Positions 30,485 to 40,142 of a stretch of DNA of 64,000 bases are shown here, piece by piece. The DNA is taken from assembly GCA_017484205.1 (NCBI GenBank), contig JAFUTO010000013.1:217-64216 (forward strand), given 5' to 3'. The position numbers and the translations under genes are program-made. This DNA is from Bacilli bacterium. Lineage in GTDB: Bacteria > Bacillota_I > Bacilli_A > RF39 > UBA660. Numbering within the stretch: position 1 is the stretch's first letter; each line of letters begins with the position of its first letter. The notes below the pieces were generated by a model. That model saw only the letters and a program-made list of their open reading frames with translations, made no database searches and was not told the origin of the DNA.

Positions 30485-30516
30485 TTTCATGCAAAGAAAA
30501 CGCCATTTCGTGCAAA
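30485..30516 (+). repeat. 32-bp motif copy 3
   Basis: TTTCATGCAAAGAAAACGCCATTTCGTGCAAA. Confidence 0.85.
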
Positions 30517-30852
30517 TTTGCTTTAAAAAATTTTGAAAGTAAATATAATAAAAATTCAACAGCAATTACCAATTTGCATTAAATTATTTTTTATGTTGTT
30601 ATAAGTTGTTGTTTTAATTCTGCTATTGCAATTCGTAATAAATAATTGCTGTCTAGTGGGGGTTTATGGGGGAAATTTGGCGAGTTAATTGTGAATTTGC
30701 AACTGAATATTATAATAAATTAGAACTCTTTTCTATTTTTAATGTGTCTTTAATCTATTATGGGTTAAGGCACATTTTTTTTTATACCCTAATTTTTAAA
30801 AATAAGGATCCACCATCCTTTCAATTAAAACAAATTGAAAGGAGTTATACAG

Positions 30853-31323
30853 GTGAATACAAGACCAAAAAGAAGAAAAAGTAATGATAACCCTTATACT
30901 TTAATAGTTAGTAATAATATATATGCTGTTATTTTTAAAGATAGCCAATTAAAAGAACAAAAAATAGAAGTTACAAAGGAAATTTTTGATTTGTTCGATA
31001 GTTTTGAATTGGATGATATATCTCAAATGCATAAATTTGATAGACATATAGAACACTCTGAATTAACTGATGAGTCTATAAATCGTAGGGCATTTAATAA
31101 AAGTTTATCTATTGAAGAAGAAATTATCAAGAAAAACACCTTTGATGAACTAAAAAAAGCGATTGATGAATTGTCAGAAGTTCAAAAACGCAGAATACAA
31201 ATGTATTTTTTTGATAATATGAAACTCGAAGAAATATCTAAAGTAGAGGGCGTAAGTGTAAAAAATATTTGGAAATCAATAAATATTGCACTTGCAAATT
31301 TACAAAAAAGTTTAAAAAAATAA
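30853..31323 (+). CDS. Sigma-70 region 4 domain protein, paralog 2
   Basis: GTG start; PKRRKS.DNPY, FELDD, HIEHSEL shared with the 29301 protein; LSEVQKRRIQMYFF HTH. Confidence 0.8.
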   Translation: MNTRPKRRKSNDNPYTLIVSNNIYAVIFKDSQLKEQKIEVTKEIFDLFDSFELDDISQMHKFDRHIEHSELTDESINRRAFNKSLSIEEEIIKKNTFDELKKAIDELSEVQKRRIQMYFFDNMKLEEISKVEGVSVKNIWKSINIALANLQKSLKK

Positions 31324-31359
31324 TTTTTTAGGGGTAAAAAAATGCTTTTAAATGGAGAA

Positions 31360-31570
31360 ACAAGTGAGAGGGTATTTTACTCTTTCACCTGTTTCTTTTT
31401 TGTTACAGGTTTGCTCATTGACAACTGAATATACATTTATCAAATACAAATAATGATACTCCTGTTTGGTCGAAAGTCGAGCGTTGAAGTATTAATCATT
31501 TAATATGAGCCGTCGCAACATACGAAAGCAGTTGCAGGAAATCCCTGCAAGAGCAAGATGCTCGTGGAAC
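31360..31570 (+). ncRNA. Candidate structured RNA/leader upstream of the transfer operon
   Basis: GC-richer non-coding stretch with hairpins TTGCAGG/CCTGCAA, GAGCA/TGCTC, GCAAC/GTTGC. Confidence 0.35.
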
Positions 31571-31823
31571 TAATTCAATTAGTCATTTGATAAAATCCTT
31601 TATAGAGGGTATTGAGAAAAATATCTATAATTTACAATAAAATTGGTATCTTTTTGTTGCCAAAAATGATAAAATGGAGGTGATAAATCATATAAATTAA
31701 TAAAAATGATAAAAAACACTTGCAAAATTTTCAATTTAGAGTGATTAATATTATAGGAAATATATGTAATATTTAATCATTTAAATGTTCATAGAACAAT
31801 TTTAACTAGGAGGTTGATATATT

Positions 31824-32624
31824 ATGCAAGGAAAGAAAAAAATAGTTATTATAGGGACTATGTTAGTTATAGTTGTTATATTAGCAATTATTTATATGCC
31901 AAAGATGATTAATTTTAGTAATAATTCTAATCCTATTATAGAAGATAACAATGATATAAGTGAAAACAAAATTGATGATAGTAACGATATCATTGAAGAC
32001 GAAGAAGAAAAAAAAGAATTAGAAAAAGAATTAGAAAATAATGAAGAAAAAAAAGAAGAATTAAAAGAAACAGAATCAATAGTTGAAATTAAAGAAACAC
32101 CAAAGCAAAATACTACGAGTGCAACTTCTAATAATACTCAAACTTCATCTACACAGAATTCTAATTCTTCAACTAATACAAATACATCAACATCAAGTCA
32201 AACACAGCCTAGTACACCAACTCCAGTTGAACAACCAAAAACATGTAAAGAAAGTGTTTTCAAATCAAAAGAAGAAGCTGTATCTTTTGGTGAAGATAAA
32301 AGAAAATATGGTACAGGTTATAGTGTAATAGACTATATGGATGATTGTGGTAAAATGTATTATGCTTTAAAAATCACTTTTCGAGTGGTAACACCTGGAT
32401 ATACCAAAACATTAGATGAAAATCAAGCCATAGCATTTGATTGGGCAAAATATGATGAAGATACATTAAAAAATTATATTAACAATAATTGTAGTATAGA
32501 TGTATCAATGTCATATAAGGCAGCTGCAAGAGATAATAAAGTATTAGAATATTATCAAAGTGGATTTTTCACAGCCGAATCTCAGCCACAATGCTATAAA
32601 AATATAAAAGATTTATTACAATAG
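31824..32624 (+). CDS. Membrane-anchored protein with E-rich and S/T-rich linker
   Basis: N-terminal TM, low-complexity stalk, Cys-containing C-terminal domain. Confidence 0.7.
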   Translation: MQGKKKIVIIGTMLVIVVILAIIYMPKMINFSNNSNPIIEDNNDISENKIDDSNDIIEDEEEKKELEKELENNEEKKEELKETESIVEIKETPKQNTTSATSNNTQTSSTQNSNSSTNTNTSTSSQTQPSTPTPVEQPKTCKESVFKSKEEAVSFGEDKRKYGTGYSVIDYMDDCGKMYYALKITFRVVTPGYTKTLDENQAIAFDWAKYDEDTLKNYINNNCSIDVSMSYKAAARDNKVLEYYQSGFFTAESQPQCYKNIKDLLQ

Positions 32625-32673
32625 TGAACATACATGTTCACTTTTTTTATTCAAAAATGAATGGAGGAAAATA

Positions 32674-35562
32674 ATGAAGAAGAAAATAATTGAGATGGTT
32701 ATGTTATTTATTTTAGGAATTTTTATTACACCACTTGTGGCATCAGCTGAAAGCACTGCACATATAAGTGGTTCAGATTCTTATGAAAAATTACCAAGCA
32801 ATTTTAAATTACAACAATATGCTGGAAAATATACATACCAAAGTAAAAATCAAATTGACGATACAATTGCAAATGGAGATTCAGTAGCTAAAATAAAAAA
32901 TGGTGTTTTAACATCCACTGCAATGATTAGTATTCTTTATGATATGGATACAGGTGAATGGGTTTACTGTTTACAACCATCAACTGAACTTAAAGATGGA
33001 TATTTATATCAAGGTTATAGTGGTGAGGAAGCACTAACATATACAGGATTAACAGAAGAACAAAGAACAAGAATACATTTAATAGCATATTTTGGTTTTG
33101 GTTATCAAGATTCAAATCATAATCACATGGCTAGAATATGGTACTCTGTTGCCCAGAAAATGATATGGGAAACTGCAGGATATGAAATAAGATGGTTATA
33201 TGATGTATATGATTCAACAAGTTATATTACAAAATACACTGCTGAAGAAGCTGAAATTGAAAGTTTAATTAATGAATATAATAATTCATTTAATGTATCA
33301 TTTGGTAAAGATGAATATGAAATTGATTTAGGTGAAACATTAACAATAACTGAAATACATAATAATTTGGCAGGTTTTAAAATTTCTTCTCAAAGTGATG
33401 GATTAAATGCGAGAATAGATGGTAATAGCATAATAATTAATCCAAGTAAAGTTGGAAAATATTTTACTTTAAGTTTAGAAAAGGAATATAAATATTTTGA
33501 AGCCCCATCAATTATATATCATAGAAATGATTCACAAGATGTATTTAAAGTTGGCTATTTAGATCCAGTAGATTTGGAATTAACTATAAATGTAAATGGT
33601 GGAAAAATAGCAATCCATAAAGTAGATAGTAAAACTAATACAAATGTAGCACAGGGATCTGCAACTTTAAAGGATGCTAAATATGGTATTTATGATAGCA
33701 ATGATAATCTAATTTATACATTAACTACTGATGGAAATGGTTATGCTATAAGTGACTATTTACCAAAATTAGACACATATAAAGTAAAAGAAATTAGTTC
33801 AAGTAAAGGTTATAATTTGGATGATAATGTTTACTATGTAGATGTTGATTCATCAGGAACTTATGATGTAAATGTTCCAGAGAAAGTTATCGAAAATTAT
33901 ATAAGTATTTTAAAACAATATGATTTTGTTGATGGCAATACAACATTCTTAAATGCAGAGGAAGGCATTACTTTTGAAATATATGATTCAAGTAATCAAA
34001 AGTATAAAGAGATAGTAACTGATAAAAATGGTTATGCAACTACTGCTTTGCCCTATGGTGTTTATAGATTTCATCAAGTAAATAGTCATACTGGTTTTGA
34101 AAAGATTTATGATTTTTATGTGACAGTAGATGAAAATTCTGAAAAGGAACAATATTATAATATCTTAAATAATAAAATATCTGCATATCTTCAAGTATAT
34201 AAAATAGATCAAGAGACAGGCAATGTTATAGCTTTGGCAGGTACTGAATTTAAAATATTAAATACTGATACTAATCAATATGTTAGTCAATATGTATCAG
34301 GTCATGTATATGATACTTTCGTTACTGATGAAGATGGAAAGTTTATGACTTATCTTAAGTTAGAAAGTGGTAACTATAAGTTAATAGAAGTTTCAAGTCC
34401 AACAAATTATTTGTTAAATGATAATGGTTTAGATTTTAGTATAGGTGAGGATACTCATTTTGCTTATACAACTTATGGAGCTGTTGTGACATTAAGATTT
34501 AGTGATAAAGCTATTAAAGGAAAAATAGAAGTTCATAAAACAGGTGAGTCAGTAATTATTAATAATGGAACTATTGGATATGAAGAAATCCCATTAAAAG
34601 ATACTAAATTTAATGTCTATGCTAGTGAAGATATTCTATCAGCTGATGGTAATTATTTATATTATAGTAAGGATCAGTTAGTAGATACTATTACAACTGA
34701 TGGCAATGGATATGCTATTAGTAAAGAATTGTATTTAGGATCTTATTATATTGTTGAGGTTTCAACAAACTATGATTATGTTTTAGATAGTGAGCCTTAT
34801 TATTTTACTTTAACTGCTATTGATAATAAAACAAGCATTGTATATGAAAGTTATAGTAAGTTAAATAAAATCAAAAAGGGTACATTAAATTTTAGCAAAT
34901 TAGACTTTTCTGATAGTAATCCTTTACCAAATACAAAAATTGAGGTATATACTGATACCAATTTATTAATTTGGTCAGGTATAACTGATGAATTTGGAAA
35001 AATTGTTATAAATGATATTCCAAAAGGTAAATATTGCATATTGGAAAAAGAGGCACCTGAAGGATATATTTTAAATGAAGAAAAGATGTGTTTTGAAATT
35101 AAAGATAACAATGAAGTTATTAAATCAACTATGTTAAATAAAAAAATAGAAGGATCTTTAGAATTTAGTAAATTAGATTTTTCTACTAATGAACCAATTC
35201 CAAATACAAGAATAGAAATATATAAAATTGTTGAAGATAAAGATGAATTAGTCTTTGAAGGATTAACAGATGATAAAGGACAAATAATTATAGAAGAATT
35301 AGAATATGGAAAGTATTATATTTTAGAAAAAGCCACAGCATCATCTGACTATATTTTAAATGAAGAAAAGATGTACTTTGAAATATTAGAAGATGGCGAG
35401 GTAATAAAAGCTACTATGTTTAATGATAGAGTAATAATTGAAGTACCAGATACTCTTCTTAATGAATTCGACTATAAGAGTTATATAGCAATAACTTTTA
35501 TATTAGCTGGAGTAGGTTTGATATTTTATGAATCAATTAAAAAAGATAAAAATAATATTTAG
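32674..35562 (+). CDS. Thioester-domain adhesin with SpaA/CnaB (prealbumin-like) repeats, sortase-anchored
   Basis: Signal peptide; YCLQP and AQKMIW thioester-domain motifs; repeated TTD.NG / Y..KE..AP.GY; VPDT + TM + basic tail. Confidence 0.85.
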   Translation: MKKKIIEMVMLFILGIFITPLVASAESTAHISGSDSYEKLPSNFKLQQYAGKYTYQSKNQIDDTIANGDSVAKIKNGVLTSTAMISILYDMDTGEWVYCLQPSTELKDGYLYQGYSGEEALTYTGLTEEQRTRIHLIAYFGFGYQDSNHNHMARIWYSVAQKMIWETAGYEIRWLYDVYDSTSYITKYTAEEAEIESLINEYNNSFNVSFGKDEYEIDLGETLTITEIHNNLAGFKISSQSDGLNARIDGNSIIINPSKVGKYFTLSLEKEYKYFEAPSIIYHRNDSQDVFKVGYLDPVDLELTINVNGGKIAIHKVDSKTNTNVAQGSATLKDAKYGIYDSNDNLIYTLTTDGNGYAISDYLPKLDTYKVKEISSSKGYNLDDNVYYVDVDSSGTYDVNVPEKVIENYISILKQYDFVDGNTTFLNAEEGITFEIYDSSNQKYKEIVTDKNGYATTALPYGVYRFHQVNSHTGFEKIYDFYVTVDENSEKEQYYNILNNKISAYLQVYKIDQETGNVIALAGTEFKILNTDTNQYVSQYVSGHVYDTFVTDEDGKFMTYLKLESGNYKLIEVSSPTNYLLNDNGLDFSIGEDTHFAYTTYGAVVTLRFSDKAIKGKIEVHKTGESVIINNGTIGYEEIPLKDTKFNVYASEDILSADGNYLYYSKDQLVDTITTDGNGYAISKELYLGSYYIVEVSTNYDYVLDSEPYYFTLTAIDNKTSIVYESYSKLNKIKKGTLNFSKLDFSDSNPLPNTKIEVYTDTNLLIWSGITDEFGKIVINDIPKGKYCILEKEAPEGYILNEEKMCFEIKDNNEVIKSTMLNKKIEGSLEFSKLDFSTNEPIPNTRIEIYKIVEDKDELVFEGLTDDKGQIIIEELEYGKYYILEKATASSDYILNEEKMYFEILEDGEVIKATMFNDRVIIEVPDTLLNEFDYKSYIAITFILAGVGLIFYESIKKDKNNI

Positions 35563-36139
35563 CATATTATTAATTTTGATTAGTGGTTATATTTTATTAG
35601 ATAATGAATTAAAACATCAACAAGAGCAACAAAATGAGCAAGAATTAATTGAAGAATATTACGAAAGAGAAGTTATAGATGAAACTATTCCATCTACTGA
35701 TGCAACTGAAATAGTAGAAGAAGTTAAAGAGCAAATAAATTATATTGCTGTACTTAAAATCCCTAAAATTGATTTAGTTAAAGGTCTAGTAGATAGAAAT
35801 AGTTATTTTAATAATGTGAATTATAATATTCAAATATTAGATTCATCTGATATGCCAGACAAAGAAAATGGTAATATTATATTAGCTTCACATACGGGCA
35901 CTTCTAAAGTGGCTTTTTTTAGACACATAGATAGACTTGTAATAGGTGATGAAATAATTTTAGATTATAAAAATAAAACATATACATATAAGATTACTGA
36001 TATTTATGATATTGAGAAAACTGGTAAAGCTTATATAAAACGAAATAAAGATATTAATACATTAACATTAATATCATGTAGATTCAGAACAAATAAACAA
36101 ATTATTATAATTTCTGAATTAATGATGAAGGAGGAATAA
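35528..36139 (+). CDS. Sortase
   Basis: LKIPKI, GNIILASH, TLISC..R catalytic residues. Confidence 0.9.
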   Translation: MNQLKKIKIIFSILLILISGYILLDNELKHQQEQQNEQELIEEYYEREVIDETIPSTDATEIVEEVKEQINYIAVLKIPKIDLVKGLVDRNSYFNNVNYNIQILDSSDMPDKENGNIILASHTGTSKVAFFRHIDRLVIGDEIILDYKNKTYTYKITDIYDIEKTGKAYIKRNKDINTLTLISCRFRTNKQIIIISELMMKEE

Positions 36140-36141
36140 AT

Positions 36142-36777
36142 ATGAAAAAATTGAATAATAAAGAAGAAAAAGATAAAGAAAAGAAAAATAAGAAGAAAAC
36201 ATTTATTGTAGCAGGAATAAGTGTATTAACTATATTAAGTGGAACACTTGCATATTTTACAACTAGTACAAATTTTAAAAATGATTTTAAATCAGGATTA
36301 TATCAAGCAAATGTAGTTGAAACTTTTGTTGCACCAACTAATTGGACACCTGGAGATACAACAGCAAAGGAAATTAAAGTAACTAATAATGGCAGTATCA
36401 CAATGGCAGTTCGTGCTAAATATACTGAAAAATGGACTAGTAAAGATGGAACTAATCTATCTTTAAAAGATTCAAATAACAATGTAGCATCTATTATTAA
36501 TTTTAATACAGGATGGACAAAAGATAGTGACGGGTATTACTATTACGGTTCTAAATCTAGTTTAACTAAATTAGAGCCTAATCAAACTTCAACATCATTT
36601 ATAAGTGGTGTTACATTTAATAGTAATATTGTTGCCGATATAAAAGAAACTAAAAGTGCTGATGGTAAAACTGTTACATATACATCAACCGGAAAAGGTT
36701 ATGACAATGCTACATACACTTTAACTATCACAATTGATACTGTCCAATACAATCAAGCAATTAATGTTTGGAATTAG
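36142..36777 (+). CDS. SipW-dependent TasA/BsaA-like biofilm matrix protein
   Basis: Basic N-region, GTLAYFT SipW-type cleavage motif, WTPGD..KEIKVTNNGS. Confidence 0.8.
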   Translation: MKKLNNKEEKDKEKKNKKKTFIVAGISVLTILSGTLAYFTTSTNFKNDFKSGLYQANVVETFVAPTNWTPGDTTAKEIKVTNNGSITMAVRAKYTEKWTSKDGTNLSLKDSNNNVASIINFNTGWTKDSDGYYYYGSKSSLTKLEPNQTSTSFISGVTFNSNIVADIKETKSADGKTVTYTSTGKGYDNATYTLTITIDTVQYNQAINVWN

Positions 36778-36785
36778 GAGTTAAC

Positions 36786-37274
36786 ATGTTTAGAAAAATA
36801 AAAAATATATTATTAAGAATAATATATATTTTACTTATAATATATTTGTTAATATTTGTGCCTACTTTGTGGGGCAAAAAGCCATTAGTAATTGTATCAG
36901 GGTCTATGGAACCAGTTTTAAAAGTTGGTGGAATAGTCTATTATAAAGATTATGCTATTAATGATTTCAAAGAGGGTGATATTGTTGTATATAAAATTCC
37001 TAGTGATATCATCTCACATAGATTAGTAAATATTACGGACAATGGATTAATTACTAAAGGCGATATGAATAATACTTATGATAATATTCTCATAACAGAG
37101 GATATTATTTTAGGTTTAGCAAATAATTGGTCGATTGCATATATTGGCTATTACGCACATTTTATTTACACGCATAAATATTTATTAATAATTACTATAT
37201 TATTAATTATAACTGATGTTATAGTAGAAAAATATCAAAGCAAAAAGAAGGTGATAAGTAATGAAAAAAGTTAA
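36786..37274 (+). CDS. sipW: Signal peptidase I, SipW (ER-type)
   Basis: VSGSMEP, GDIV, ISHR, TKGDMN. Confidence 0.88.
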   Translation: MFRKIKNILLRIIYILLIIYLLIFVPTLWGKKPLVIVSGSMEPVLKVGGIVYYKDYAINDFKEGDIVVYKIPSDIISHRLVNITDNGLITKGDMNNTYDNILITEDIILGLANNWSIAYIGYYAHFIYTHKYLLIITILLIITDVIVEKYQSKKKVISNEKS

Positions 37275-38172
37275 ATTATTATTTCTAGTAATAATAGCAT
37301 TTCTTATATCATCTTTAGCTACTACATCTACATACTATACAACTAGTACAAACTTTACTAATAAATTTAATAGTAAGGTAAATAATGTGTCTATTGATTT
37401 TAAAACTAGTAGCAGTGATTTAGTTTATGGAACTAATTCGCATATATCAGGAAATAATATATATTTACCTAATATTAATAGAGCAGGATATAGTTTTCTT
37501 GGTTATGGTGAAATTAATAAAAATGTAACATACTATGGTGGAAGATATGTTTCTATAAGTGAAATTAATAATAAATCTTTAGAAGCAAAGTATAGTTTAA
37601 CTAATTATACAATAGGGTATATATTAAATGGTGGTACTGTAAGTAGAAGTAACCCTACAACATATACAATAGAAACCAATACATTTACATTAAATAATCC
37701 TAGTAGAACAGGATATACATTCAAAGGTTGGTCTGGAACAGGTATTGCAGATAAATCTACATCAGTAACAATACCAAAGAATTCAAATGGAAATAGAAGT
37801 TATACAGCTAATTTTGTGGATGACATTGCACCAAATGTAAAAAATATTTCTATTTCAACTTTAAGAAGATCTACTTCTGAAGAGTGTCAAAATACTTCTA
37901 CATATCGAGTTGCTATTGAAGTTAAAATGTTAGAACAAGGAACTGGCTTTGACCATTATAATGTGTCTTTAACAGCAGTTGGAGATGCACATGGTACGGG
38001 TTTTGATGTATCAGCAGGTGCAATAACAACTAATAATTCCGATGGTACTATAACGGTAAGAGCAGAAGATACTTGCTGGGTTGGTGATATAACAAGAAGT
38101 GTACAATTAAAAACTTGCGATAAAGCAGGTAATTGTACAACTAATACTAATAATTATTATATCGGTTTGTAA
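37261..38172 (+). CDS. Putative SipW-processed protein with InlB B-type (Listeria-Bacteroides) repeat
   Basis: TTSTYYTT cleavage-like motif; YILNGG...NPTTYT...FTLNNPSRTGYTFKGW. Confidence 0.7.
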   Translation: MKKVKLLFLVIIAFLISSLATTSTYYTTSTNFTNKFNSKVNNVSIDFKTSSSDLVYGTNSHISGNNIYLPNINRAGYSFLGYGEINKNVTYYGGRYVSISEINNKSLEAKYSLTNYTIGYILNGGTVSRSNPTTYTIETNTFTLNNPSRTGYTFKGWSGTGIADKSTSVTIPKNSNGNRSYTANFVDDIAPNVKNISISTLRRSTSEECQNTSTYRVAIEVKMLEQGTGFDHYNVSLTAVGDAHGTGFDVSAGAITTNNSDGTITVRAEDTCWVGDITRSVQLKTCDKAGNCTTNTNNYYIGL

Positions 38173-38292
38173 TTATATATTAAAATAATACAAAAAATAT
38201 TATTGTTCAAAATCTTAATGTCTATGGTAACAGTATGACTTTAGTAATTATAATAATAAAAAATGATAAAGAGAAATGGAGGAAAGATATAA

Positions 38293-38694
38293 ATGAATAA
38301 TGAAAAAGAAACAAGAAATTCAACAAATAAATTTGAATTAGAAGGGAATGTAGGAAATATAAGTGATATCTATACAAATCAAAATGGAAAGAAAACATTA
38401 AGATTTGATTTAGGGCAAAATAACAATGGAAATACTCAATTTGTACCGATTGTTTTAAAGGGAGAATTAGTTAATACTTATGGTAGTGAAATCCAAAAAG
38501 GCGATTGGCTTTCTATAAAAGGTAGAATATCTACTTATCAAAAGGAAGTTGAGAGAAATGGAAAAACTACTAAAGAAAAAGTGATTGAAATTATTGGTTT
38601 TGAAATCGCTGATAGAACTAATGATAAATTATATACTTCTGATGGCAAAGTTGAAGAATTAGAAAAGAAAAATACTGATATGGAAAGAGAATAG
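38293..38694 (+). CDS. ssb: Single-stranded DNA-binding protein
   Basis: OB-fold pattern NKFELEGNV...IQKGDWLSIKGRISTY. Confidence 0.75.
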   Translation: MNNEKETRNSTNKFELEGNVGNISDIYTNQNGKKTLRFDLGQNNNGNTQFVPIVLKGELVNTYGSEIQKGDWLSIKGRISTYQKEVERNGKTTKEKVIEIIGFEIADRTNDKLYTSDGKVEELEKKNTDMERE

Positions 38695-38698
38695 TATT

Positions 38699-39178
38699 AT
38701 GCAAAAATATGATTATGAAATATTAAATTATTGGAATGATAATGATGATTTGTATGTAGATTATGTAGTTACCAATAAAGAAACAGACGAACAAGCACAC
38801 GCTTGTACTTTGTTAAATACTGATATGATAGAAGATTATATATCTAAAAGTAACATAGATGATGAATTAATTAGTATTATTAGTAAAAGTGATGGTAATG
38901 AGTTTAATCTTCCTAAAACGAGTGAATTACATAAAATTACTTATGATATATTTAAAGAATTGTGCGATTCGGATAACAATATGTTGTGGGTAGAAGAATA
39001 TGATGACTTTGAAAGGTTAAATCTTAATGATAATACTTATAAATTATTATATGAAGATATTAATAAATACCATCTTAATGATTATTTTGAACAAACAGGT
39101 AAAACATTAACTGTTTATGGCGGTTTACAATGCTGTTTTAATGATGATTTAGCTAGGGGTGATAACTATGAGAGATAA
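38699..39178 (+). CDS. Acidic hypothetical ICE protein
   Basis: ORF in operon, ends NYER. Confidence 0.65.
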   Translation: MQKYDYEILNYWNDNDDLYVDYVVTNKETDEQAHACTLLNTDMIEDYISKSNIDDELISIISKSDGNEFNLPKTSELHKITYDIFKELCDSDNNMLWVEEYDDFERLNLNDNTYKLLYEDINKYHLNDYFEQTGKTLTVYGGLQCCFNDDLARGDNYER

Positions 39179-39839
39179 TTTGAAAAAAGGACAAGCATTT
39201 ATTGGGCAAGACGGTGAAAAGTATTACTTTTTAGGACTTGATTATGACGATCAAGTCCTTTTCACTACTTTAGATTTATGGACTGATAAAGAGCAAAGTT
39301 ATATGGAAAAAAGTAATTTATTTATTAAAGAAGTATTAGATGAGAAATCTGAATTAATTGAAAATACTGCTTGGTATTATCAATCAATGAAAGAGTTTTC
39401 AAATTCAACAATAAATGAAAAAGTAAAACGATGTTTAGATATTATAGATAACTCAAATACTGATGAATTAAAGTTACAACCATTAAAGATAGGTGGTTTA
39501 GTTCGTGGTCAAGCATATAGCAAAGAGGTTAATCAATATTATGAAGTAATTGGTTTCATTGTTGAAAATAATATATATTTCAAAGGTGATTTGAAAGCAA
39601 ATCAAAAAGGTTTTTTTGCAATTTATCATTCTAATTGTGAAAATAGTGTTCCATTAATTTTTGAGAGAAGTCTTGATGAGAATGATAATTCATTTGATTG
39701 TAAACATTTTGTTGCAGGCAATGATGATATAGTAGATATTAATGATTTTATTTTATCTAAAGATTCAGTTAATGCTGGATTAGATGAAAATAGCAAAAGT
39801 AGATTAAAAGAAGAAATATATAATGATATGACTAAATAA
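39168..39839 (+). CDS. Hypothetical ICE protein
   Basis: GGGGTG RBS; in operon. Confidence 0.65.
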   Translation: MRDNLKKGQAFIGQDGEKYYFLGLDYDDQVLFTTLDLWTDKEQSYMEKSNLFIKEVLDEKSELIENTAWYYQSMKEFSNSTINEKVKRCLDIIDNSNTDELKLQPLKIGGLVRGQAYSKEVNQYYEVIGFIVENNIYFKGDLKANQKGFFAIYHSNCENSVPLIFERSLDENDNSFDCKHFVAGNDDIVDINDFILSKDSVNAGLDENSKSRLKEEIYNDMTK

Positions 39840-39856
39840 AAGGAAAGGGTGATGTA

Positions 39857-40135
39857 ATGAATTTATTTAATATATTAGAAATCCAACAATTAGAGGGTGG
39901 AACATATACAGTTGATACTATATTAACAGTAATTAAGCAAATTACTGATTGGGCAATAGTAATAGGCATATCACTTGCAGGTGTAGCAGTTGTAATTAGT
40001 TTTATTATATATACTATTGGTGACATTGACCAAAAGCAAAGAGTCAAACCTAGAATAGTACAAACACTTTTAGGTCTAGCAGGTATAATTATTTCAGTAT
40101 CATTAGTAAATGTCATAATAAGACTATTTATATAG
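39857..40135 (+). CDS. VirB2/TrbC-like small T4SS membrane protein
   Basis: 92 aa, two TMs separated by a short charged loop, directly before the VirB6-like gene. Confidence 0.6.
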   Translation: MNLFNILEIQQLEGGTYTVDTILTVIKQITDWAIVIGISLAGVAVVISFIIYTIGDIDQKQRVKPRIVQTLLGLAGIIISVSLVNVIIRLFI

Positions 40136-40142
40136 GTGTTAA

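Noticed and set aside
30666-30884. 72-aa ORF upstream of sigma paralog 2
   Set aside because: It crosses a terminator and the RBS hairpin and has no recognisable features; more likely non-coding leader, although a leader peptide is not excluded.
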